A stretch of 44,193 nt of DNA from assembly GCA_016203945.1 (NCBI GenBank), contig JACQLT010000001.1:72645-116837 (forward strand). The letters are read 5' to 3'. Origin of the DNA: Parcubacteria group bacterium. Lineage in GTDB: Bacteria; Patescibacteriota; Minisyncoccia; Minisyncoccales; UBA10102. The notes beneath the pieces are model-generated. The model was given only the letters and a program-made list of their open reading frames with translations. It was not told the origin of the DNA and did not search any database. Positions 1 through 7,722 of this stretch are shown here, piece after piece. The position numbers and the translations under genes were made by a program. Each line of letters begins with the position of its first letter. The first letter of the stretch is position 1.

Positions 1-614
1 GTGGGGAGCAGGGGCACGTGAATACTCACCACGTCTGCGGTTTTCAAAAGGTCAAGAAGAGACATAAACGTAATATGGCATTTTTCTTCCTGGGCTTCGT
101 TGCGCACGGTGTCCGTGTATACGATATTCATATCAAAACCTTTCTGAAAAATTTCTGCCGTCCGGCAGCCGATTCTCCCATGCCCAATGATTCCCAGCAT
201 TTTGCCGCGCAATTCCGTTCCCATGAATAAATCCATTTCCCATCCCCTGTACTTTCCTTGGCGCATAAATGCATCCGCTTGCGCGACGTGCCTCGCAATG
301 CCAAGGGTCATGGCTACTGCATGCTCAGCTACCGCTTCCGTAAGAACGTTCGGGGTATTGGTGATTAAAATTCCCTTTTCTCGGGCTGCCGCAAGATCAA
401 TGTTGTCCGTCCCAACCGCGCAGTTCCCGATAATCTTGAGCTGGGGCCCGATGGATTCCATGATTCTTTTATCTATCCGGTCTGTCAGAAAAGTAAGGAT
501 TGCATCCGCTCCTCTTGCCTTGGCAAAATCACTCCCGAACTCCACGTCGTACCCTCGTTGCGAAAGAAGCGCTCCGTGCTCTGCGGGAAAGGTCTTTGAG
601 ACAAACACCTTCAT
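1..614 (-). CDS. D-isomer-specific 2-hydroxyacid dehydrogenase (glyoxylate/hydroxypyruvate reductase-like), N-terminal ~204 codons; 3' end runs off the window
   Basis: Absent from the ORF track because it is open at the window edge. My reverse translation from ATG (612-614) reads MKVFVSKTFPAEHGALLSQRGYDV...IIGNCAVGTDNIDLAAAREKGILITNTPNVLTEAVAEH...LRGKMLGIIGHGRIGCRTAEIF, with no stop down to base 1. It has a GxGxxG NAD fold. The start forms an ATGA overlap with the stop of the upstream kinase gene. Confidence 0.8.
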   Translation of the reverse strand, partial: MKVFVSKTFPAEHGALLSQRGYDVEFGSDFAKARGADAILTFLTDRIDKRIMESIGPQLKIIGNCAVGTDNIDLAAAREKGILITNTPNVLTEAVAEHAVAMTLGIARHVAQADAFMRQGKYRGWEMDLFMGTELRGKMLGIIGHGRIGCRTAEIFQKGFDMNIVYTDTVRNEAQEEKCHITFMSLLDLLKTADVVSIHVPLLP

Positions 615-1591
615 ACTATATTTTTTGGCTGAAACTTTTTATTCTTCTTCACAAGATTTGTCATTGCGGATTTTGAAAGCAACCCTTGCCTGGCGCCGAT
701 GGACTGAATCTTGGAAGCCGCGTTGAATGTGCCCCAGCGCATCGCTTCTACGACGCCGTAATCATACGCAAGCGCTGAAATGAAACCCGTGGAGTATGCG
801 TCTCCCGTACCCGTGCGCTCCACGATCTTGGCCGGAAATATCGGAAGAAAAAGGGCGTGCTTTCCGTCAAACGAGTAAGAACCCTTTGGCCCGTCCGTAA
901 TCACCACGATCTTAGGGCCCAGCTGATATAACAACCTCAGCAACGTCTTTATATCAGCCCGTTTCTTAAGCAATGTTTCAGCTTCTTCCCTGTTCACGAA
1001 GAATACCGCGCTCCTCCGTATCACGGGAGCTAACTTCTTTAACCCTGCTCTCATCTGAAAGCTTCCTGGATTGAATCCCATCTTTACCTTGTGCTTTTTT
1101 ACATAGCGCAGAAGCGCTCCATGAATCTTTTCGAATCCCGGCCCCATGGAGCTCAAGTACACCCACTTTGACGGAGCCAACCTGGGAAGCACATAGTTGC
1201 GGTGTTCGTGATGCACCAGGATGGTGCGCTCTGCTTGATAGTTCAGCACGGCAGAGAAGTTGCTCCCGTGCTTCCTGTCCCAGACGATATAGTCCAAAGC
1301 GACCTTCTCTTTTTTGAATACTGCGAGTTCTTCTCTGCCCACGGTATCGAATCCCAGCACCGTGTAGAATGCGGTCTTCAAGCCGAGACGCGAACATCCG
1401 ATGGCGACGTTCGCAGAGTTTCCCACCGCAACGATGCTCGTGAACTTCTTGACGGAGATCTTTTCCGCATACACGACCCCAAGATACTTGGTCTTGGTTT
1501 TTCTGTCTTCCAGAACTTTCGTTTCTTCCTCCAATTCCAAAAAAACATCGTGTTGCGTGTCTCCGATGGAGATGACGTCAAATCGCTTCAT
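611..1591 (-). CDS. PfkB-family carbohydrate kinase (ribokinase-like)
   Basis: ORF 611..1660 trimmed to MKRFDVISIGD. The ATG at 1589-1591 overlaps the tkt C-subunit stop as ATGA. Ribokinase-like layout with a C-terminal TGTGDAYSTGF motif. Confidence 0.85.
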   Translation of the reverse strand: MKRFDVISIGDTQHDVFLELEEETKVLEDRKTKTKYLGVVYAEKISVKKFTSIVAVGNSANVAIGCSRLGLKTAFYTVLGFDTVGREELAVFKKEKVALDYIVWDRKHGSNFSAVLNYQAERTILVHHEHRNYVLPRLAPSKWVYLSSMGPGFEKIHGALLRYVKKHKVKMGFNPGSFQMRAGLKKLAPVIRRSAVFFVNREEAETLLKKRADIKTLLRLLYQLGPKIVVITDGPKGSYSFDGKHALFLPIFPAKIVERTGTGDAYSTGFISALAYDYGVVEAMRWGTFNAASKIQSIGARQGLLSKSAMTNLVKKNKKFQPKNIV

Positions 1592-2574
1592 GTTTTTCTT
1601 TGTATCGCCTTCTTTGCAGCTTCCATGATATGTAGATGCTGGAGGCCGAACGCTTCCCATAGCTCCGCAGGAGTCCCGGATTCTCCGAACCTATCATGCA
1701 CGCCGATGAACTCCATGGGGGCCGGGTGCAACTGCGACAAGAGCTCGGCAACCGCTCCTCCCAATCCACCGGCTACCTGATGTTCTTCCACGGTGACTAC
1801 GGCTCCAGTCTTTTTTGCGGAACCTGCGATCGTTTCCGCATCCAACGGTTTTATGGTATGGCAATTCAGCACTTCCACGGAAATCCCTTCTTTTTCAAGC
1901 ATACGCGCGGCAACTAAGGCCTCGTATAACACAGGACCCGCTGCGACAATGGTTGCATCCTTGCCTTCCATGAACACTTCCGCCTTTCCGAATGTGAAGG
2001 GACTGGCTTCTGTGGTTATGACCGGCGTCGCTTCCCTGGCAAATCTCAGGTACACGGGTCCCTGGATTTCGGCGGCTGCCATAGTTGCCTTTTTTGCCTC
2101 CAGGGCGTCGCAGGGCACGATAACCCGCATATTGGGAAGTACTCTCATTAACGCGATATCCTCCAGCGCCTGATGTGTTGCTCCGTCAGGCCCCACCGAA
2201 AGCCCTGCGTGAGCCCCTCCGATCTTCACGTTGACATCGTTAATGGCAATGGTGGTCCGAATCTGTTCATTGTTCCTGCCTGGACTGAACACAGCGTACG
2301 AAGAAATAAACGGGATTTTCCCCGTAAGGGCCATCCCGGCAGCCAAGGAAGCCATGTTTTGTTCTGCCACGCCAACCTCAATGAACCTGTCGGGGAACGC
2401 TTTCTGAAAGTATTCAGAACGTGTGGATTCGGTAAGATCTGCGCACAGCACCACCACGTTGCTGTCTTTTTTCCCGGCCTCAACCAAACCCTCTCCATAG
2501 CCATTACGTGTTGGCGTTTTCTCAATATCCGATGAGAATAGCTTGTTTGAGAGATGGGCTTTGGGATTGAGCAT
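1588..2574 (-). CDS. tkt: Transketolase, C-terminal (pyrimidine-binding plus C-terminal domain) subunit
   Basis: FIEVGVAEQNMASLAAGMALTGKIPF, GPDGATHQALEDIALMR and the later VEEHQVAGGLG are typical of the Tkt Pyr/C domains. The track ORF begins at a TTG (2592) inside a 7-nt repeat, so I prefer ATG 2574 (MLNPKAHL). Confidence 0.9.
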   Translation of the reverse strand: MLNPKAHLSNKLFSSDIEKTPTRNGYGEGLVEAGKKDSNVVVLCADLTESTRSEYFQKAFPDRFIEVGVAEQNMASLAAGMALTGKIPFISSYAVFSPGRNNEQIRTTIAINDVNVKIGGAHAGLSVGPDGATHQALEDIALMRVLPNMRVIVPCDALEAKKATMAAAEIQGPVYLRFAREATPVITTEASPFTFGKAEVFMEGKDATIVAAGPVLYEALVAARMLEKEGISVEVLNCHTIKPLDAETIAGSAKKTGAVVTVEEHQVAGGLGGAVAELLSQLHPAPMEFIGVHDRFGESGTPAELWEAFGLQHLHIMEAAKKAIQRKT

Positions 2575-2576
2575 AG

Positions 2577-2597
2577 AATTTTCAATTTTCAATTTTC
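2577..2597. repeat. Perfect 3 x 7-nt tandem repeat (plus strand AATTTTC; gene strand GAAAATT) spanning the tktN stop and tktC start
   Basis: Read directly: aattttc aattttc aattttc at 2577-2583, 2584-2590 and 2591-2597. Confidence 0.95.
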
Positions 2598-3439
2598 ATT
2601 GAACTCCCGCGCAGTTCCCGCAAGGCCAATTCTGCCTCTTTGGGTTTGGGGGGTTTCCCGTGCCATTCAAACTTGTTTTCCATGAAACTCACCCCTTTCC
2701 CCGGAGTTGTATGGCTAAGGATGAGCGTGGGTTTCTGGTGGATATTTTTCGCCTCGTTGCAGGCGTCAACGATTTCCTCCATATTATGCCCGTCTATCTC
2801 AATGACGTGCCAGTTAAAGGCCTCGTATTTCTCCCGCAGGGGTTCCAAGGGCATGATGTCCTCCGTGAACCCGTCTATCTGGATGTTATTCCTGTCAAGA
2901 ATTCCCACCAGATTATCAAGCCGGTTCTTGCCAGCGAACATGGCTGCTTCCCAGGTCTGCCCGCATTCCTGTTCTCCGTCCGACATTAAGCAATAGACCC
3001 GCCAGTCCGCCTTATCAATGTGCTTCCCTACGTACGCCATGCCAGACGCCTGAGAAAGGCCGGACCCCAAAGGGCCAGACGTCGTCTCCATGCCGCCAAG
3101 GCGCTTGCGCTCTGGATGCCCCTGCAGGCGGGACCCGAACTTCCGAAGGGTCTGTAGTTCTTCCTTGGGAAAATATGCGGCTTCTGCCATCGCAGCATAC
3201 CTGACCGGGCAGATATGGCCGTTGGATAGGATGAGACGATCTCGTTCTTCCCATGCAGGGTTCTTGGGGTCATGCTTCAATACAGAAAAATACAACGCAG
3301 TAAAAATATCTGCCATGCCAAGGGGTCCCGCAGAATGCCCGGAGCCCGCCGCAACAAGCATTTCAATGATGTCTTGGCGAATAGTGTTTGCCATCTTCTC
3401 CAATTCTTGGAAAGAATATTGTTTCATTGTTGTTGTCAT
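2582..3439 (-). CDS. tkt: Transketolase, N-terminal (thiamine-diphosphate-binding) subunit
   Basis: AGSGHSAGPLGMADIFTALYF, LSNGHICPVRYAAMA and CLMSDGEQECGQTWEA are Tkt PP-domain signatures. 4-nt overlap with rpe. Confidence 0.93.
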   Translation of the reverse strand: MTTTMKQYSFQELEKMANTIRQDIIEMLVAAGSGHSAGPLGMADIFTALYFSVLKHDPKNPAWEERDRLILSNGHICPVRYAAMAEAAYFPKEELQTLRKFGSRLQGHPERKRLGGMETTSGPLGSGLSQASGMAYVGKHIDKADWRVYCLMSDGEQECGQTWEAAMFAGKNRLDNLVGILDRNNIQIDGFTEDIMPLEPLREKYEAFNWHVIEIDGHNMEEIVDACNEAKNIHQKPTLILSHTTPGKGVSFMENKFEWHGKPPKPKEAELALRELRGSSMKIEN

Positions 3440-4068
3440 TGTACCATCGCTTCCAATTTCCTCAATGCCGCAACCGGATCCCTGTGTTTCCAGATGCCGC
3501 TTCCGACGACCGCATAGTCGGCTCCTGCCTCAAATACCTTTTCAATCGTATCTTGCCCAATGCCTCCGTCCACTCCGAGAAGAATGTCTGGAGAGAACAT
3601 CCTGAGAGCACGCAGCTTCTCTAGTACCATAGGAATGAATTCTTGGCCCTGCCTGCCGGGATGCACGCCCATGAGCAGGAGAGCGTCAATCTGGCGCTGC
3701 CATTTCTTTATGGCTGGAACCTGGGTCTTGGGATTTAAGGCAATCCCCCGCTCAAACGGATACTTCTGCATTTCCTGAAATACCAGCTCCGGATCCTTTA
3801 TTCCTTCAATATGAAATATGACGCGTTTCGCCAAAATCGCTTGGCACAGCGCAAGATAGCTGGCGGGGTCTCGCACCATGAGATGTATTTCGTAGTCAAA
3901 AGCCTCCCCGAGTTTTTCAAGGGCAGACAAGGAAACCGAGGTCTCCTGAACAAACAAGCCGTCCATAACGTCTATATGGACCCATTGCGTATTCTTCGCA
4001 AGAACTTTGAGTTTCTTTGCGAGATCAACCGCGTTGGTCTCAAGAATGGCGGGGATGATGTGTTGCAC
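3436..4068 (-). CDS. rpe: Ribulose-phosphate 3-epimerase
   Basis: HIDVMDGLFV, MGVHPGRQGQEF and LGVDGGI motifs in a 210-aa TIM-barrel-sized protein. Confidence 0.88.
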   Translation of the reverse strand: MQHIIPAILETNAVDLAKKLKVLAKNTQWVHIDVMDGLFVQETSVSLSALEKLGEAFDYEIHLMVRDPASYLALCQAILAKRVIFHIEGIKDPELVFQEMQKYPFERGIALNPKTQVPAIKKWQRQIDALLLMGVHPGRQGQEFIPMVLEKLRALRMFSPDILLGVDGGIGQDTIEKVFEAGADYAVVGSGIWKHRDPVAALRKLEAMVQ

Positions 4069-4071
4069 GCC

Positions 4072-4509
4072 TTATATTGCTTCAATCTTCTTAAGACGGC
4101 GCTCGTGCCTTCCGCCCTCAAACTCGGTTTCTAGCCACAGAGTAACGGCGTCAATCGCTTCTTCTTTTGTGATAAATCGCGCGCCCAAAGCCAGTACGTT
4201 GGCATCATTGTGTTGACACGAAAGACGTACAATGTCTAAAGAACCTCCATAATAGACGACCGCCCGAATACCTTTTACTTTATTCGCCACCATGGCTTCT
4301 CCCTGCCCAGATCCTCCAATGACAACTCCCCTGCTTTTCTTCTCTTCTGCGACCTTCTTGGCAAGAGGAACGACGAAGTCCGGATAGTCATCATCCGGAT
4401 CAAGAGAGGCCGGGCCGAAATCCTGCACGGAAAAGCCGCGGCCCATAAGATGCTGCCTGATTTCTTCCTTCAGGGCAAACCCTGCGTGGTCTCCCGCAAG
4501 ATATATCTT
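4072..4509 (-). CDS. rpiB: Ribose-5-phosphate isomerase B
   Basis: MKIYLAGDHAGFALKEEI...VIGGSGQGEAMVANKVKGIRA...HNDANVLALGARF. Trimmed from the track ORF start 4545 to the conserved MKIY start. Confidence 0.9.
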   Translation of the reverse strand, partial: KIYLAGDHAGFALKEEIRQHLMGRGFSVQDFGPASLDPDDDYPDFVVPLAKKVAEEKKSRGVVIGGSGQGEAMVANKVKGIRAVVYYGGSLDIVRLSCQHNDANVLALGARFITKEEAIDAVTLWLETEFEGGRHERRLKKIEAI

Positions 4510-4547
4510 CATGCTTTCAGTATAGCACCTGAACAAAGCATTCAAAA

Positions 4548-5822
4548 CTATTTCATATACTCTTTGATGCGTTCGTCAACGAGAAGTTTGGGGAACCCGT
4601 ATGCCAGCCTGCCAACGCGCACAACACTTTCTGTCGTTGCGGCATCGGCAACTCCTTCCGGAGGAAGACTAACCCCAGAGAAAGCTTCTGTGGTTTTCCC
4701 CTGCGCCATAAGTTTTATATAAAAATGGAATCGGGGAAGCGTAGTAAAATCTTCTTTCACAAAAGGAGTGAATTCTTTGCTTAATGTTTCTGCATCCTCT
4801 GCAGACACGGCAAATACCAGTACGGTACCCGTATTTCCCAGCACGGCATCCTGTATTTTTTTGGGCATCTGGCCGAAATACTGATTCGTCAGATGCACGC
4901 CGAGCCCGTACTTTCGGGATTCGCTCAGCATGGAAGCGAAGGTATCCGTAATGAAATTCTGAAACTCGTCCACGTACAGCAAAAAGGGCGTGCGCTCTTG
5001 AGCATCTTGGCGTGCACGCTTTAAAATGGCAGCCTGCAGTTTTGCCACCAAGATAAGGCCGAGCATCTGGGCGTTAATTTCTCCGATCTTTCCCTTCGAC
5101 AGATTTACCAGAAGAATCTTCTTCTGCGCAATAATGTCGTCAAACCGAAAGCTGCTCTCGCGATGCCCGATGATATTTCGCATGATGGCATTGTTCATAA
5201 AGTGCCCGAACTTCGACATAAAGTAGTTCAGCATTTCAGACCGGTGGAAGTCGGATGTTTTTGCCATCTGCTTGCTCCAAAACTCCAACACAAGAGGATC
5301 TTTTACATGCGCCCTCTTTTTTGCCTCGAAACGCTTGTCCACGAAAAGTTTTGGAATTTCGATGATGCTTCCTCCTTCAGAACCCGCCATGACGGTAAGC
5401 GCCGCATTTCGAAGCCAGTGCTCAAATTGCGGGCCGATAATTCCGGTTTTTTCAGGGTCAAAAAGCTTATAGAATATCTGGATGCACTCTGCCACCAAAA
5501 AATCTTTTTCCTGGTTGTCTTTTGCTTCCAGCAAGTTCAAACCAAAAGGATGCTGAATATCCGCAGGATCAAACAGAATAACGTCTTGCAGGCGATCTGC
5601 CGGAATGCGCCCGATAAGCCATTCGATAGAATCTCCGTGAGGATCTAAAAAGCAGACGCCCTGTCCATGCGTAATGTCTTGCAGACACATGTTCTGAAAC
5701 ACGGCAGACTTTCCGACCCCTGTTTTTCCCAGCATATACATATGAGAAAGCCGGTCTTGCCCATCGATGCGTATGGGAGTCACCTTGTTGCGGTATACGT
5801 TGTTTCCGATAACGACGCTCAT
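4548..5822 (-). CDS. Soluble P-loop ATPase of the type IV secretion coupling protein / TraG-TraD (DUF87-like) kind; no transmembrane segment visible
   Basis: Walker A LGKTGVGKS near the N-terminus, FLDPHGD, Walker B FLLYVDEFQNF, then RKYGLGVHLTNQ. This layout is typical of VirD4/TraG-like or HerA-like translocases. ATGA overlap with the upstream 79-aa gene. Confidence 0.7.
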   Translation of the reverse strand: MSVVIGNNVYRNKVTPIRIDGQDRLSHMYMLGKTGVGKSAVFQNMCLQDITHGQGVCFLDPHGDSIEWLIGRIPADRLQDVILFDPADIQHPFGLNLLEAKDNQEKDFLVAECIQIFYKLFDPEKTGIIGPQFEHWLRNAALTVMAGSEGGSIIEIPKLFVDKRFEAKKRAHVKDPLVLEFWSKQMAKTSDFHRSEMLNYFMSKFGHFMNNAIMRNIIGHRESSFRFDDIIAQKKILLVNLSKGKIGEINAQMLGLILVAKLQAAILKRARQDAQERTPFLLYVDEFQNFITDTFASMLSESRKYGLGVHLTNQYFGQMPKKIQDAVLGNTGTVLVFAVSAEDAETLSKEFTPFVKEDFTTLPRFHFYIKLMAQGKTTEAFSGVSLPPEGVADAATTESVVRVGRLAYGFPKLLVDERIKEYMK

Positions 5823-6058
5823 AATTTGCTTGAGTAGAATTTCTGCTGAAAGTATACGGGGTCTAACGGCAACGAATATTTCTGACGCGCCGCAAGCGCC
5901 AGCTCTTCCGATTCTGCAATGCGAAGCAGTTGATCACGCTCTTCTTGCAGCTTCTTTTCGATTGCGTCTACAAACTCTTTGCCCAAAAACTTCTGTACCC
6001 GCCCAAGTTCCTCCACCCGCGATCTATACAGCTGTTCTATTGTTTCTTTTGTGATCAT
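5819..6058 (-). CDS. Hypothetical 79-aa coiled-coil protein
   Basis: Both ends overlap the neighbouring genes as ATGA (5819-5822 and 6055-6058). Heptad-like charged sequence EELGRVQKFLGKEFVDAIEKKLQEERDQLLRIAESEELALAARQK. Confidence 0.7.
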   Translation of the reverse strand: MITKETIEQLYRSRVEELGRVQKFLGKEFVDAIEKKLQEERDQLLRIAESEELALAARQKYSLPLDPVYFQQKFYSSKL

Positions 6059-7713
6059 GCGGTTTCCTGTTTGTTCTGCAGTAAATGCTTCGTCATCAAA
6101 GTTTCACAAACCTCTTCTACGAAACGCTTTACGGGGCGCGCGCCAAACCGCGGATCTACCATGCCTGCAATTGCTTGAGAAAGAGTGGCTGGGTCTATTC
6201 GAAACGCTATGCGATGGTTCTGCAAACGGTCTTCGATCTTTTTGATTTCCAGCTTGCTGATTTCCAGAAGGTCTTCCAGCCGCAGGGGGTTGAATACAAG
6301 AATGGCGTCAAACCTATTCAAAAACTCGAGCCGAAAACGTTTTACAAGAAGCGGAATCAAAACCTCTTCTCTAAACTCTCTCCCATGAATATCGGCTCCC
6401 TGTTTTGAGGCTTCTAAAATTTCAGAAACCCCCAAGTTCGAAGTTGCCATCACAATGCTCTGTTTGAAATCTATGGTCTCTCCCTGGCCCGAGGTAAGCC
6501 TTCCGTCATCTATCACCTGTAAAAACATATCAAATACCTTAGGATGCGCTTTTTCTATTTCATCCAGCAAAATCAAACTATAAGGCTCTGCCTTAACGGC
6601 ATTGGTCAGCTCTCCTCCGGCTTCGTACCCTACGTATCCGGGAGGAGCTCCCACCAAACGCTGCCACCCGTGTTCTTGTCCGAACTCTGACATATCAAAC
6701 CTCGTAAAATTCTCTTTTCTTCCAAACACGAGCTGCGCAACGAGTTTTGCGGTTTCTGTTTTGCCCACCCCAGAGGGTCCAAGCAGTAAAAATGAACCCA
6801 AAGGTCTTGCGGGGTTGCGGAGTCCGAGCCTGGCTCTCCGAAGGACGCCTGCGATAGCTGCAACGGCAGGCTTTTGGTTTATAATCCTCTGGTTCAATTC
6901 TCCTTCCAGTTTCTGCACAAGCTCTAAATCATTTTGCTCCAGCTGCTGCAAGGGAACTCCTGTCTTGTCGCTCAATACGGCCAGCACATCCGCAACGCCC
7001 AGCGTTTTTCGCTTCAAGCGGCTCGCTCTCCCCATAGATTCATCAAGCACAGAAATGGCAGCTCTTGGTAGACGCCCAAGGCTCGGAAAACGCTCTGCAT
7101 ACGAAAGAATCGTCTGCAGTGTTTCTTCTGAAACTTCCATGGGTTGTCCTTGCTGAAAAGAAACAGCTGCCAGCTCCAAAATTTTCATATACTCTCTTGC
7201 GGTCTGCTGCTTAAGATGAATACGCTCAAAAAACTGAACAAAATTCTGGTCTTCGTGTTCCATCCAAACAAGTTCCTGGGGCAACACTCCAAGAATCACC
7301 TGCACGTCTGATCGCTTTACCAGCGTGCTCAACAGCCGCACCGTCTGTTGAAATATGGCTGCCTTGTTGTAGATCAAAGAACCGAATGAGTCGATAAACA
7401 GCACACACGAAGGAATTCCGGCAAACGCTTCCTGATAGCGCGGAAATGCGGCAGCGTTCGAAATCCCGTACAAACCCTCTGCTTCTATACGAATAACTCT
7501 CAAAGAACTTTGCGTGTTTGCCGCCCAACCATGCACCAACATGGTTTTCCCAGAGCCAGAGGGGGCCACTACCATGCAGTTGTTGCGGCTGGTTCTGCCA
7601 ATAACGCTCGACAAACGCTCTTGCTCTTCTTCTCTTCCTACAATCTTAAAAAATCTCTGATGCTTGGCTTCCAGGCCAAGATCGTAATATTCTATTTTTT
7701 GAAATTCTGCCAT
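6055..7713 (-). CDS. Clp/Hsp100-like double AAA+ ATPase lacking the N-domain and M-domain; D1 looks catalytically degenerate
   Basis: D2 is canonical: LLLGPSGVGKTETAKLVA, GAPPGYVGYEAGGELT and LILLDEIEKAHPKVFDMFLQVIDDGRLT. D1 has Walker A APSGSGKT but VLFIDSF where Clp D1 has IDE. At 552 aa it is shorter than ClpA or ClpB as I recall them (roughly 750-860 aa). Confidence 0.8.
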   Translation of the reverse strand: MAEFQKIEYYDLGLEAKHQRFFKIVGREEEQERLSSVIGRTSRNNCMVVAPSGSGKTMLVHGWAANTQSSLRVIRIEAEGLYGISNAAAFPRYQEAFAGIPSCVLFIDSFGSLIYNKAAIFQQTVRLLSTLVKRSDVQVILGVLPQELVWMEHEDQNFVQFFERIHLKQQTAREYMKILELAAVSFQQGQPMEVSEETLQTILSYAERFPSLGRLPRAAISVLDESMGRASRLKRKTLGVADVLAVLSDKTGVPLQQLEQNDLELVQKLEGELNQRIINQKPAVAAIAGVLRRARLGLRNPARPLGSFLLLGPSGVGKTETAKLVAQLVFGRKENFTRFDMSEFGQEHGWQRLVGAPPGYVGYEAGGELTNAVKAEPYSLILLDEIEKAHPKVFDMFLQVIDDGRLTSGQGETIDFKQSIVMATSNLGVSEILEASKQGADIHGREFREEVLIPLLVKRFRLEFLNRFDAILVFNPLRLEDLLEISKLEIKKIEDRLQNHRIAFRIDPATLSQAIAGMVDPRFGARPVKRFVEEVCETLMTKHLLQNKQETA

Positions 7714-7722
7714 ATAAGTTTA

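Noticed and set aside
2590-2592. TTG-extended starts proposed by the ORF track (2592 tktC, 9567 acidic protein, 33010 glpX, 42682 groEL)
   Set aside because: In each case a downstream ATG reproduces the conserved protein N-terminus (MLNPK..., MSIETP..., MNDSFFQYLGLEF..., MAKQIVYG...). The extension either overlaps the upstream gene or falls within promoter or leader sequence.
4548-5822. Calling the T4CP-like ATPase evidence for a conjugative element or canonical type IV secretion system
   Set aside because: No VirB4, VirB6, VirB8-11, relaxase, pilin or oriT-like features are in the window. There is no compositional break, and the gene is embedded in a housekeeping-rich co-directional array.
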